Assembly: GCA_040954595.2 (NCBI GenBank)
Contig: CM082595.2
Span: forward strand, 643,690-707,689
From: Balanoglossus misakiensis
Lineage: Eukaryota > Animalia > Hemichordata
DNA: 64,000 nt
Direction: 5' to 3'
Below, piece after piece: positions 52,901-64,000 of the stretch (its first letter is position 1; each line of letters starts with the position of its first letter). The notes beneath the pieces were generated by a model. It worked only from the letters and a program-made list of their open reading frames with translations. It was not told where the DNA came from and made no database searches. The position numbers and the translations under genes were made by a program.

Positions 52901-53968
52901 GAATGTTTACACACTTGCTGTGTAAATTTGTCAATTCTTACAAAACCAATGTTGTAATTAGCGGAGGAGAAAGTCTTAAAGGGTTATTCAGTAGATCTGT
53001 TGCTAACTACTTCTAATGCAAATGTAGTGGCTTTTCAATTGTGCCAATGAAACATTGACAAGTCTCTCCGAGTCGACCAAGGAGACAGGTCTGGTACATT
53101 TTCTGTCTGGAAACATTTTAAACAATACTTTGAATATCCAAAATGTTTTATTGCAAATATGAGCAACATCTGTGTGTGTTGTTTAAGTTAAATTGAGGAG
53201 GCATAGTCCAGTGGTTAGAGCATCGGATTCATGATCGGAGGATCACTGTGGTAGTGTGTCCTTTGAATATTGAAACGTTACTTTTTCTCGGCAGATGTTA
53301 CATCCCACACCAGACTACACAGGACAAGCGACTGGTCACATCTCCATGCCAACCATAGCAACAAGCCTACCAACAACTCATAGTCAATCAACTCTAACAT
53401 ATTCCTCACCAGCATGGGATGTTATACAACCTTCCTATCATCAAGTGTCTCAATTTAGCCCAAGTCATGGTAAGCAGAACCACAAATATTGCACCTTCTG
53501 AATGAGGGAAAAGTTACTCAATATTTTCGGTTCTATTGGTCTATATCTGCATCAGTGATCTATGAATCAACTTTTTTCAACTGTCTCCAAGTCAAAGTCA
53601 GACAATTTGCCATTGCGTGGAGATAATCCTTGAAATTGGCCAAAGTTCCTGAGTCTATAGCACCACCAAGTGGTGGACATTATATGTAGCCTTTTGTTTT
53701 CTGAAGGCTAAGATTAGGGTTAATGTCTTCTAATGTGAATTGAGTGACTTTTGAGTGAATTAAAAATGCTTAAAGTAAAAACTAAAAGCTGAATCATACA
53801 AAAAACCACGCAAGTCATGATTTCATAAAAACTGGTGTATTTATGTTTGTGTTAACAGGCAACGGACCGACACAGCTGAGTACATCTACCTCTGGTATAG
53901 CAGCATTGAGAATGAAGTCGCGAGAACATTCAGCAGCCATTGCCAATTGTACATATCCTGAAGATTAA
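43912..53968 (+). CDS. Pax3/7: Paired box protein Pax3/7 (paired domain, octapeptide, S50 homeodomain, C-terminal OAR/paired-tail motif); 7 coding exons
   Basis: Exons 43912-43957 ([15 protein letters not shown], in-frame stop upstream), 44587-45075 ([23 protein letters not shown]...HSIEGILS), 46738-46925 ([15 protein letters not shown]...[16 protein letters not shown]), 48046-48214 ([13 protein letters not shown]), 48585-48937, 53295-53469, 53859-53968 ([16 protein letters not shown]). Confidence 0.96.
48381..48465. repeat. (GA)n-rich microsatellite in Pax3/7 intron 4; similar simple tracts at 52682-52730 (GA), 63670-63693 (TC), 10082-10125 (TG), 35683-35718 (TTTA)
   Basis: Directly visible simple repeats. 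Confidence 0.9.
50309..50399. mobile_element. MITE copy (Pax3/7 intron 5)
   Basis: ccctctcaccactatggtttagccc...gttggacctctgtatagag...aagtgttaa. Confidence 0.7.
53198..53265 (+). mobile_element. tRNA-derived SINE remnant (5' tRNA half)
   Basis: A-box/D-loop-like tagtccagtggttagagc, anticodon-arm-like tcgga-ttcatga-tcgga, then gtgtccttt; no T-arm/B-box or acceptor stem. Confidence 0.45.
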
Positions 53969-56280
53969 AGTGTCTCTTGTATTGATGTCAAAGTAGCCAC
54001 TACACATTGTAAATATGTGTGATACATCTTATGTATAGCCCTTTTCTACCAATAGTGTTAACTTTTAATATATAATATATTGTTGTTAAATGTTTTATGC
54101 TTTCCACCATTTCATCAGCTATGTTGCATTTTTAAAACTTGTACAAAGTTCTGAGTAGTATTTATAGTGTTATCTGTTCATTGATATAGGTTGCTACGGT
54201 AACATGTGGAAAGTATTGCAAAAAACAGATCTATTGGTTAATATTAGTGTACATTAGACTGCTTTTAGCCATAGTGAGTGACATTGATCACCCATCTTTC
54301 AGCTGTAGTCGATGTTTTTTCTGCCATACTGTAACTTCTGCCATTTTAAACTGTAATTTACATGTATTATAAGCATTTTCAGGTTTGACATACTGTATTA
54401 TTAACTATAAAACAACTTTTAACTGCAGCATTTAGGCATTTTTACCCACATCACAATTTTATATCATTAATAATGTATAATAAGAGTAATAATCTAATTC
54501 GAAGTGATTAACAGTTTTAATTACAAACATCTCTAATTATTCTTGTAGTACAAATTAGTGTTAACTATATCTAGCAGTGACTTCTGATTGTATTTATTCA
54601 AAAAGAAAAAAGTTTCTCTACAAAAAGAAAAAAAAATGTTTCTCTTAAAACACACAAGTGCAAAGTAGTGCCAAGCTATTTTATCTTCTGTGGTGGGGAG
54701 ATTTTGTTTTTATAGTTGTGTTATGTTTGTTTTTGAAAGAACAATAGAAAACAGTTGTGTTTGTCCCATATGGTGTTGCTCAAATGTTAAAATGTGTGAC
54801 AAGGTCATTAGACGATGTATGATGGCTTTCTTGCCAAAGCTTCGCATAGGCTGCCACTGTGTGATGCTTGGATCTTGAATGGGATAACTCTAACCAAGCA
54901 AGTATCCTATTGAAGGAGTAGATTATTGGTGGGTTTTGTTTGTCAACAACAGATCAATTTTTCTTCAGTAAAAGTTTGTGGTTCTGTCAGTGGGAGTTTA
55001 CAAAGTACAACACGGTTGTGTTCATTGGATATTAGTATTATAGTATCCAAGAATTCATATCAGTGTCAAACAACGTGATACCATGACAACAGCACTGCCA
55101 TTTTGAACAAAACAAAACCAGCGTAATATGAAAACCCCATGATGTGATTGGCTAACATTCTCTCCTCACGTTGAGTTCAAATTCATGATGGCTGTGTGAG
55201 GGCACTAGGTGTATGGTCCATGTCCTCTTGGTAATGTATATAAAAAGTTTGATATTTCTATTTTTGATATTAGCATATATTTTACTTAGAATATTGGAAA
55301 CATGTTCTATTTTTCTGTTCTACGTATTTCTGAATGTAGTTCTGTTGTATTTCCAGTGGTTTGTATTGTGAGGTGCAGACCCAGTGTTTGGGTGTCCACA
55401 AGATGTTGGAAAATTCTACATCTTTGTGAGAGAAAATTTTTTTTTTTTCAAGAAGAGTTTGAAGAAGTAGTCATTTGCCAGTATTCTGGGTGAATTTTCA
55501 CTTTCTTATCACGAGATGTGCAGTTGTACATCTCTTTGCATGAAATTTAAACTTGATTGATTGTTGGTCATTTGTGAGGTGATAACTATATGTTTTATAG
55601 TTGAAAAAACACAGTAGATAAACACTTAGAAACAGTTGTATTACATTTTTATGTATCTTTAAACTGTTCATTTTGAAGTTTTGCTTGTATAATTATTATG
55701 TATTTATTACTGAGTTTTGTCTTGTTTATCTGTTCTCTGGTATTAAAATAGTTTTCTGTTTGTGTTGATATTTTGAGTGTGTGAATATTATTTCTACTTC
55801 ATGTATTCAGAGTTTGCAGATCATCAGGGAACCAATAGTATATGTGGTTTCTTATCTGCCTAGTCTTGGCTCTGATGAATAGTTGGTAAGCTAGGGACAT
55901 TGATGTTGAAAGTTTTAGATGGTTGAGTGGTTGTGAGATTCCTTCGTTGATGGCGCTCTTCAAGATGGCCGTTCGTTTTTTCACACCTTCGTTAGTTGCC
56001 AGGAAACAAAGGTGAATATTATCTTATCTTATGTTGTCTTTGTCTAAACGTCAGGTTGAAAATGAATGTCATTTGCCCTAGCTTCACTCTGTCAACTAAA
56101 TATTGTGACTGATATTTTGTTTTCAAGTGAACAAGCCTGTCTCATCATGTCTGTGGAGGTCTTTCCAAGTCCAACAGTGCCTCAAATATATGCCCGGAAT
56201 GCATCAGAAAAGAACAAGTTTATTGGAAATCGCAAAGGAATCGAGGTTAGTAACTTAGGATTTATGTATTCTCTCTCCGT

Positions 56281-57429
56281 TTACCACCCGTCATCACGTC
56301 TTGTGTCATAAAATTTCATGTTCAAATCTGTCTCGTGCGTTTCGGACATCGGTGGGTACTGTCTCTTGAATCGTTCCCACGGTAACGCAACCGGGTCAAG
56401 TTGCGGCTGGCGTGGGCGTGGTCCGTCGCCTCGTGTTTCATCTTTTACCATAGATGGCGCTGTTGTCATCTGCTGTCGGCTTGGAACTGGTGACGGAAAT
56501 TCCCGAACGGGACTCGGAGAATTGGCCATGGTGCTGATGTTTGACAACCCGCTTATGCTTTCATCCGACGCGGGATGTTTTTGAGATTTGATGTCAGTTG
56601 AAAGAATCTCTTGTTTTGTGTCAACAGTAGCAGGGGGTGACTTTGACTTGCCACTTTCCATGAAAGTAACACTTTTCACCACGTTTTCCCGACTTTCTGT
56701 CACTTTCACGGACTTTTGTGATGTCAGTTTCGAGTTTTGAGAAACACTCACATCCAAAGAGTTTTCTTTTGTGTCGGTCTTAGAAGTCGGTTCTTCATAG
56801 ATCTTTAGGCGCTTGGATAAACTCGGTTCATAGAGGGTGCTCATGGGTGTGGGTAAGATCTGGTTCTGCTTGGGAGTTTTCTTGCGTCGTCTGCTAGTTC
56901 CTTCTGAGCGAACAGACCCAGTTGAGCCTTCCCTCTGTCTTTCGATGGCTGTTTCGTTGGGTGTATGGTACATTGCGAGAACTTGGGAAAACACTAACAC
57001 CAGAAAAATACCCAACACTGATCCAATCGCCCCGATGGCAAAAAAATTCAAATTCTCATATTTGGTTTCAAAATCCACGCAACAATGGTAGCCTGCAGCC
57101 AGTCCGTCATCGGTGACGGTCAATACACAGAGTCTATACTCTTTCCAGAATTTAAGGCTGTCCAGAAAATACCCAGATGTTTGTGTGTCATTGATGGCTA
57201 TCTCCCCGTCGTCATATATGACGTAGTACCCAGTGACGTTTTTCATGGAATAAGGCAGACGCCAGGTGATATCCACAGATGATGTACTGACATCATGAAC
57301 TTGCACGTCGGCTGCTGCAAGTATGGCGAATTTGTATTCACATGGATGAAACTGGCGGGAATCCACAGATCGAGTCAGATGAATGAGGATAAGCACTATC
57401 GATGATAATAGCCTTGGTAGTAACATCAT
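56281..57429 (-). CDS. Intronless type-I membrane protein: signal peptide, one fibronectin type-III domain, TM helix, long low-complexity cytoplasmic tail (382 aa)
   Basis: Hydrophobic N-terminus; V..VSTSSVDITW...GYYVIY...LDSLKFWKEYRLCV FN3 pattern; FFAIGAIGSVLGIFLVLVFSQVLA transmembrane segment; S/T/K/P-rich tail. Confidence 0.8.
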   Translation of the reverse strand: MMLLPRLLSSIVLILIHLTRSVDSRQFHPCEYKFAILAAADVQVHDVSTSSVDITWRLPYSMKNVTGYYVIYDDGEIAINDTQTSGYFLDSLKFWKEYRLCVLTVTDDGLAAGYHCCVDFETKYENLNFFAIGAIGSVLGIFLVLVFSQVLAMYHTPNETAIERQREGSTGSVRSEGTSRRRKKTPKQNQILPTPMSTLYEPSLSKRLKIYEEPTSKTDTKENSLDVSVSQNSKLTSQKSVKVTESRENVVKSVTFMESGKSKSPPATVDTKQEILSTDIKSQKHPASDESISGLSNISTMANSPSPVREFPSPVPSRQQMTTAPSMVKDETRGDGPRPRQPQLDPVALPWERFKRQYPPMSETHETDLNMKFYDTRRDDGW

Positions 57430-58051
57430 TACTTCATCTCTAAAGCATCTCCCATGTGTTGATATTGTCCAAGAACTCGCTGTCGCATCTGGATGTAAAT
57501 GTTAGCGATCAATAATGTTTTCTTCAAAAGGATAATTAAGAGAATTTTTAGAGAAGAATCTGGCATGCGCGATAGTTATCGCAAGGATGGGTGTCTCTGA
57601 AACAAGAATTCTATACGCGACGCTTGCTTGCTTGACATCGACACGATCAGGCTCCAAGCAAAGTTCCATGATCCATTCAGCGTAAAACAATAGTATACTC
57701 GTTTCTTGCCGAAAGGGGGCGCTCTGCTATGCTCCGCGGAGTAGAGCGCAATTCCCATGCATGCGCATTGATGACAGGTTGCTTTGGCATTGATCTACTT
57801 TCAGGAATTAATGTTTCATACTTTATCTTGAAAAATCAAGCTCCCCCAAACAATTGTCGGAAAAAGTTTATGTATATACTATGTATAAATAAAGGACAAC
57901 ATGACAGCATGTGGGATCACGTTGTTAAAGCTTTCGATTTATTCTTAAAATATTTGCTGTTAATATTCGACATAATCAACATGTCTTTTCTTGCAATCAA
58001 TTTACCACATGTATTTGTGGAAAATTAAAATGAAATAAAATCTTCAACATT

Positions 58052-61000
58052 TCATTTTTTCTTCTTCATTCTTCGTTTTCTTTTCAAAGCTTCCAATTGT
58101 TTCTCGTATTCCTCTCTGTCGGACCCATCATCGCCATCCACTGTTTTCTTGTCGGTATTTTCTTGACTAACATTGGTATCTGGCTGTGATGCGTTGTTTT
58201 CATTTGGTGGTTTTTCTGCTGAATTATTCTGGGTTTCTGTCAGGAAGACATTTTCCTTTGGTTCCCCGTTCGGTTCTTTTTCGGGATTGCTGCTTTCATG
58301 GCCGTTTGCGGGAGTTTCCTCCGCATCTGCGACATCTTGACTCTCCGTCACTTTCTCACCCTCGACGTCTGAGGTTCGACTTTGCGGTCGTGAGGAGGAA
58401 CCTTTCACACTCTCCGTATCTGCATCTGGAGTTTTCGGCTTTCTGTCCTCGTTCTCACCTTGCAAACTCTCAGCTTCGTTCGCGGAACCGTCTGAAGATT
58501 TCCTCGGGGTCTCGGCTCCCGGAATTCCTGGTAGCCTTGTTGACTCGGGTGTTTTCGCTCGCCTTCTTCGGATTCTCCGAGGAATGCCTCCCCTGGCCGG
58601 TCGTTGAGATTCGCTTATTTCAGGAAAGCGACTGTACCCTTCATGTCCAATGTCAGACAAGTCTCGCAATGTATGGACTTCTTCAAAAGTAGGCGGCGTA
58701 TTCTGTCTGTACAGATTATTGACAACATTAACTAGTGATTTAAATTTCCATTCTAGCACTTCGTATTTGTGTTCCAAATCAACGGCCCTTTCCTCTGCTG
58801 CTATTGTTCGGTTGTGGAGCCTCCCCTTCGTCAAAATCTCAAGACGTCCGTCCAGTTTCCGAACTTCTTCTTCTGCCCTGTCTGCTCGACTTTTCTCGAG
58901 TCGCCTCTCACGTTCACAGTTGACGAGATCACGGTGGTTTCTTTGGATTTCTTTTTTGAGGAGATCAACAGATCTTTGTAATTCTACTCTGTTCCCCTGT
59001 GTCTGGTTCTCCGCTCTGTTCAGACGCTCGTGTGCTCTGTCCAGTCTGAAAAAAAGTTGTAATGGTCTTTCAATATTTTCACTTTTGATGACTTTATACA
59101 TCCCAGATTTAAACCCATTCCCACTTTGAATTCAACTTACCTGTTACTCTCAGCTTTCAGTTTACTTGTGGAACTCATCCATTTCACTTTGTGTTTTTCT
59201 GCTTCGTTTCTCAGATCCTCCATTTCTTTCCTCAACTTTTCTCGTTCCTCATCACGCGCCTCCTGAACTTTTCGGTCCAGCTCATCTTTGAGCCGCCTCT
59301 TCAGTTTACTTGTTTCGGCAACATGGCGGATTTTGATCGTGTGCACCACTCTTTTCAACTCTTCCAACCTTCGTGGATACTCGACTAGGAGAGGTCGCAC
59401 TTCATTCAGTTGAGCGTTGCTTTTACGAAGCTGTTTCTCTGAGAGGAGATTGTTGTCATCTGTTCTAGCTGTCATGGTACTTTCAGCGCCCCCACGAGGT
59501 GAGTCTGCACTATGTCTCACTGCCGGTGCTTGTCTGGTATCGTCGTTCAATTTGTCGTGGAAATTTTCCAAATCGTTGTAGGAGTGCTTAAACTGCTCTA
59601 TATCCTCTTCCAATGAAGGTGGACTTTCTGAAAATTAATAAAGAGAAGAATCAACTAGATTAGTAAACAAACCAATTAAATATTCAGTAAGGACCAAGTC
59701 CAACTTCGCCCAAAAGATGACAAAATTGACTCGGGTATGAAAGGTCTCGAGTACATATCAAGGAATGACAGACCCTATAATTAATGTAGTCGCACTCGTA
59801 TAACCTCAAAAGTCGTAAAATTTGTTTACGATCTTTTGGTTGATGTGGTTTCTCGTGAAAACACTGTCGCTATTCAAAAGGTTAATGGTCGTGTGGCCTT
59901 TGCGACGCAGATAACGTTCCACCCACAGTCCCTGTGGTTCAACCCACGAAGGTCCACTTCTGTCCGAGTGGCATACAAAGAGGATGCTAACAGGTAGCGT
60001 GGTTACGCAAGTTTGTGTACACAGTGATTTAAGCTGTCCTAACGGATACGTTCACAGTAAACACGGAACCAGTCCTGTAACATTTTGTCGGGTTTATCCA
60101 CATTACATGTTCCCCACTGAATTTCGTCTTTGCCTTCACACAATTATTTCAAATCTTACAAGAAGTTGTAATCTTTACGCAGTTATAGACTTCCCTCATC
60201 AAATTCCGGATTGCGGGTACTCAATCGTTGCAATGTTTGTGAAACTGACGGATGTATTGACAACATTTCGACAACGTAAATAAACCAATTTGCATAAAAC
60301 GTCAAGTAGCATACCGCTATTTTTCAACGTTGCCAAGATTTGTAAACAGGTTTTGAGTCTTACCACTGTCCCTTACTAACCTGTCGGACCGGCCTCTCTA
60401 TGAGTGCACTCTGAGTCCCCAATGTCTTACAAATAGTGGATTTCCCTATCTGAGAGTGAATATTCAAGAGCCAGCATTTTTGTACTGTCTTATCTGTTGT
60501 TGTGGACATGAGTTGCTTTGCTGATTGTAACTTCCGTGTCTGGGATTAATGATTGCCAATGACAACATTCTTAAAGTTTTTGAACTCGTCCGTGAGAAAC
60601 GTTTTGTTTGAAAGAAAATGTGACAGGTTAAAAATTCGGCTGTAATGAAAGACGTATCAAACCTTTTGACTTTGGTGTAATCTTGATGCAGCTTTAGCTT
60701 TTAACTGACCAGATTTTGCTGGCAAAATATTTGAACAACGATCTTTAAATATTGATGAAAAGAACGAAAGAACAGACAAACGAACTGATGGATAAATGAA
60801 TGAATGAGTAAATGGATGTATATCGACATCGTTGTTCAACACGGCGTTTGTTTGTTTGGGATAATCACCGTAGTAGAATAGTTGTAATGGCAAACATTTC
60901 AAGATACCATTAATGGTTATCTCAAAAGTAACGTTTGCTTTCTTAAAACCACCACCTATTTGATGACAACAACTGCAAGTTAGAAATGCCCAAAGTAAAC

Positions 61001-63272
61001 TTGACTTCGTGCAAATGAATCTCAATGTCACAGAAGAAGGTCCCTTGGCAGAGTCAATACTGGCAGTGGAGATCTTTCCCCATGCACCCGAGGGAATGTG
61101 ACAAGCGGGCATATTAGTCGAATTTCTGCTCAGTTTAGCAAGCTGAAGCCAAACTGTCGTGCCGAAGGTAAGGTACATTACACCCATCTGTCAAGCGATT
61201 GTGGCATTCGCTTTATATCTTGTCAATGTTTAGCTTGTTTTGTGCAAACTCTCGCCCAATTGGGCATGGAACTGATGCATATTGGCTTTGCGTGGGGTTG
61301 GTTATCAAATAGTTCTACAGGTGCCACAAAGTGACACCTAGATGAAGTCCCTCTGTGACTAAAGAGTATACTTACACGGACCCTCAGCCCCAAAGTTGCA
61401 TTTCGTCCACGGATAGAACTCCTTTCTGACAAATATGTGGAATCCTCACGAATGCGTGACTGCACCTTGCATTCTTTCAGTTATGGAGACAGTAACGTAA
61501 TTGACGCAACGTGTTAAACTACCTGTCTCGTTAGAGACCGACTTATTGCGTGTGTCTTTCTGTACTTTTATTAGGCGAGCAGTCTTTTGTTTCCGATTCT
61601 TTAGGTACAATTGTTGTGCTACAAATTATAGAGGCATTAACACTATGTTGTCAAAACTGTGACGGCCGGGACTAATATGTACATAGATTTTTGCCGCTAA
61701 AGAGACAAGGTGCAAACGAGCTATCTCTTGTCTTCTCTGATTGGTCATGCAAAGTTTGGAAACTGGACATCTGGGGTACAGTGGGCTCACCACTAAGGCA
61801 AAAAAAGTTGTGTCAAACGTTTGCTCCTCAACAAAAATCCTCTTGTACGTGGTCGTAGTTACGTTATCATTGACATTTACAGATTGAGCTTTTGGTGCTG
61901 ACAGTAATCTTTGAAAGATATAGTTTTATCAGGAAGCCACCATTTCCAAATTAGAAAAAGAACGTTGCCATTTAGCTCGACCTTATCGTTGCTATTGGAT
62001 ACGCCTACAATCACAGGGACAAGTCAAATCACAGCAACAAAAGAAGCCCTAAATAACAGGACACAGCTAGTGTTAACCCCTCCAAGCATAACAAATAATA
62101 CAATAGCCGTACAAAAAGGAAATCAAAAAATCCTTTGTTGGTCCAGATTTCCAGTGAAAACAAGACGACCGAGCAACATTGTCCGCACCCAGTCTTAAGC
62201 AAACAGATCAACAGATCTCGGATCAGACTGTTTTGTGGGACCCGGATTGAGAACAATAACTTCAGCACGTTGCTATTTTTAAGTTGCATGGTAACGCTAT
62301 TTAGCAAGATGTGCCCTGGGGCACTTTTCATTCATACATAACGCTGATGCATTTAATCAAATACTCTACCTGACCCTGTTTGGCATATCTATACTCTGAT
62401 ATTGGTTTAAGCTATGTACAATTCGTTCCTAACTATGACGTCACCAATGAAAATTGTGCACTGATCAAATAGTCACCTTCTCAATACAAAACGATGATAT
62501 TCCAGTACTTAGTGAAAGCCATTTAAGTCCGTGGGCAAACCGAAATTCAGTTCAAGGTCCTATATATTGTATTGAATAATTTATTTATGTTACTCGTGGC
62601 AGTCTATCCGATCAACTACTATTTCGCCTTTGGCTGTAATTAATTATTTATGGAGAAAATCCAAGAGAGTTTCCGTAACATTTCCTGCTGAAATATGTCG
62701 ACATATGATGTTCAAACGACTAACCATTAGAGTATTCTGGGAGTACTTGTATGTGAAAAGCTAGAATTCTAACCCCATAGTGTTTACTTTTCTGAGTGAT
62801 TCAGGCTTATATGGCAATCAACAACGACTGTACCTACTCTATAGTGTTTACTGCGTGTTGTTAAAAGAGAGCGTATAGTCATTTCAAAACGCCACCCCCT
62901 TTCATGTTTCAACACAATGATAGTGCTCCACGTATACGTGCAAACATCCACAGACGATCAGTCCCACCAAAGTCCGCCATGAACTTTTGGCGTCAAAAAG
63001 CGACACAGCCCGATGCTGGACCAATGCGCTGTAACTGTACTTATCGTAGTTACCCCCTGTACACTTCCCCATCGAATAATCGAGCGTTCAAACGGATTGT
63101 GCTACAACGTCACCATGACAACTGCGCGGCTTAATCACGACTTTGCCTGTGGAGGACGGAGGAGGAGTATGATACCAACAAAACTGACAATTTTTGTGGT
63201 AAACTTACTGTTTTTGTCTTCACGAGGGCTTCTGCCTTGATAGGAATCCCTCGGGGAACTCATTTGACTCAT
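58052..63272 (-). CDS. Uncharacterised coiled-coil protein with acidic disordered C-terminus (~514 aa; exons 63272-63209, 59627-59141, 59045-58052)
   Basis: The two long E/K/R-rich ORFs join in frame through a 95-nt GT-AG intron (59140-59046). The phase-1 acceptor at 59627 matches the phase-1 donor after MSQMSSPRDSYQGRSPREDKN (ATG 63272, in-frame stop upstream). Total 1545 nt. Exon 1 is less certain than exons 2-3. Confidence 0.75.
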
Positions 63273-64000
63273 TTTGTCTTTTTCCGCGGCACTTTCTTCT
63301 ACCGAACGTTTCCTTTGGTCTTCTACGCTTGAAGTATATAGCAACTCGTTTTACCGTCCCACTAGAAGATTTTCATCCCATTCTCAAACATTTGTTGACC
63401 GACAGGAGAAAAAAAAATCAGAGTAAGCACAGTCTGGAAATTCTTTCAGTAGAAAATAAACAATAGCCACTCTCTAAATAACACAGGACAAAAATGTTGG
63501 AATAAGCGTGAATAACCGACACGAAGAAATTGAATAAAGGTGGTGATGTATATTGTCATGCAAATTAACAACCTTTCATTCCACAGGTAACTGTTCACCG
63601 CTACCCAGGTTACTCTGACGCCCTCTCTCAGCGCCGTTTGACGTTCAAATACCGAACTCTAGAGGGCCATTCTCTCTCTCTCTCTCTCTCTCTCGAGGGG
63701 AGATTGCTGTAAAAAGTTTTAAAAACAATCGTGAATTTAGAAACAGGTGTAGGAGGCGCTGTTAATACGGGTCTGTTAATTCAGCCACATTCTGGTCGAA
63801 TTCCCAGCAAAGACAATGTACCACAGCTGCAAAAAAATTCCATCCGGGCATTAAAGAAAATGTAGGTCGGCCATAAGTTCGAAAAGAATTTGGACTCGTC
63901 CAAGACGACCTCAGTGTTGTCACTTTCTGCTACTATGGCAAAGGTCAAAACATGAAACGTTTCTGAAATGACAATTTCATCCAAAGTGTTTTACATGCCT

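Noticed and set aside
53198-53265. Functional tRNA-Met gene
   Set aside because: No T-arm GTTCRA or acceptor stem, and a mismatch in the anticodon stem; treated as a SINE remnant.
58186-59129. Plus-strand ORFs of 168 and 159 aa
   Set aside because: Antisense shadows of the minus-strand coiled-coil exon.
60364-60480. Coding first exon for the coiled-coil gene at the minus-strand donor near 60363
   Set aside because: The required phase-1 frame contains a stop and no usable ATG; it could at most be a non-coding alternative exon.
60657-61465. 176-aa and 80-aa minus-strand ORFs as a gene or retroelement fragment
   Set aside because: No recognisable motifs or consistent splice signals; they lie within the predicted first intron of the coiled-coil gene.

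Overview
Intron-rich, AT-rich animal genomic DNA. It looks like a marine invertebrate, possibly a deuterostome, but the species cannot be fixed from sequence alone. The ORF track mostly shows exon fragments, so I assembled genes by reading splice sites. Plus strand, in order: the 3' half of a kinesin-3 KIF1A/KIF1B/unc-104 gene (12-12298) with a probable ~5.7 kb 3' UTR; a complete 15-exon 6-phosphogluconate dehydrogenase (18727-23587); two tandem apolipoprotein D-like lipocalins (24844-26289, 26755-27534); VEPH1/melted (28803-33967); a ~5 kb composite repeat block with ~90-bp and 243-bp tandem arrays (about 35.7-40.4 kb); and a complete Pax3/7 gene (43912-53968). Minus strand: an intronless FN3/transmembrane protein (56281-57429) and an uncharacterised 3-exon coiled-coil gene (58052-63272). 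At least eight copies of an ~85-bp TTAA-flanked piggyBac-type MITE are scattered through the window. The best leads are: (1) duplicated, frame-incompatible (mutually exclusive) KIF1 exons whose intervening intron appears to fold into two long hairpins, with a TGCATG cluster downstream; (2) a Cys-containing ~20-aa tandem repeat in the Pax3/7 C-terminus, plus a duplicated in-frame splice donor inside homeodomain helix 3; (3) KIF1-PGD-Pax3/7 linkage mirroring human 1p36/2q36-37; (4) a hairpin-carrying 243-bp tandem array downstream of a promoter-like module. All structures were read by eye, not computed.
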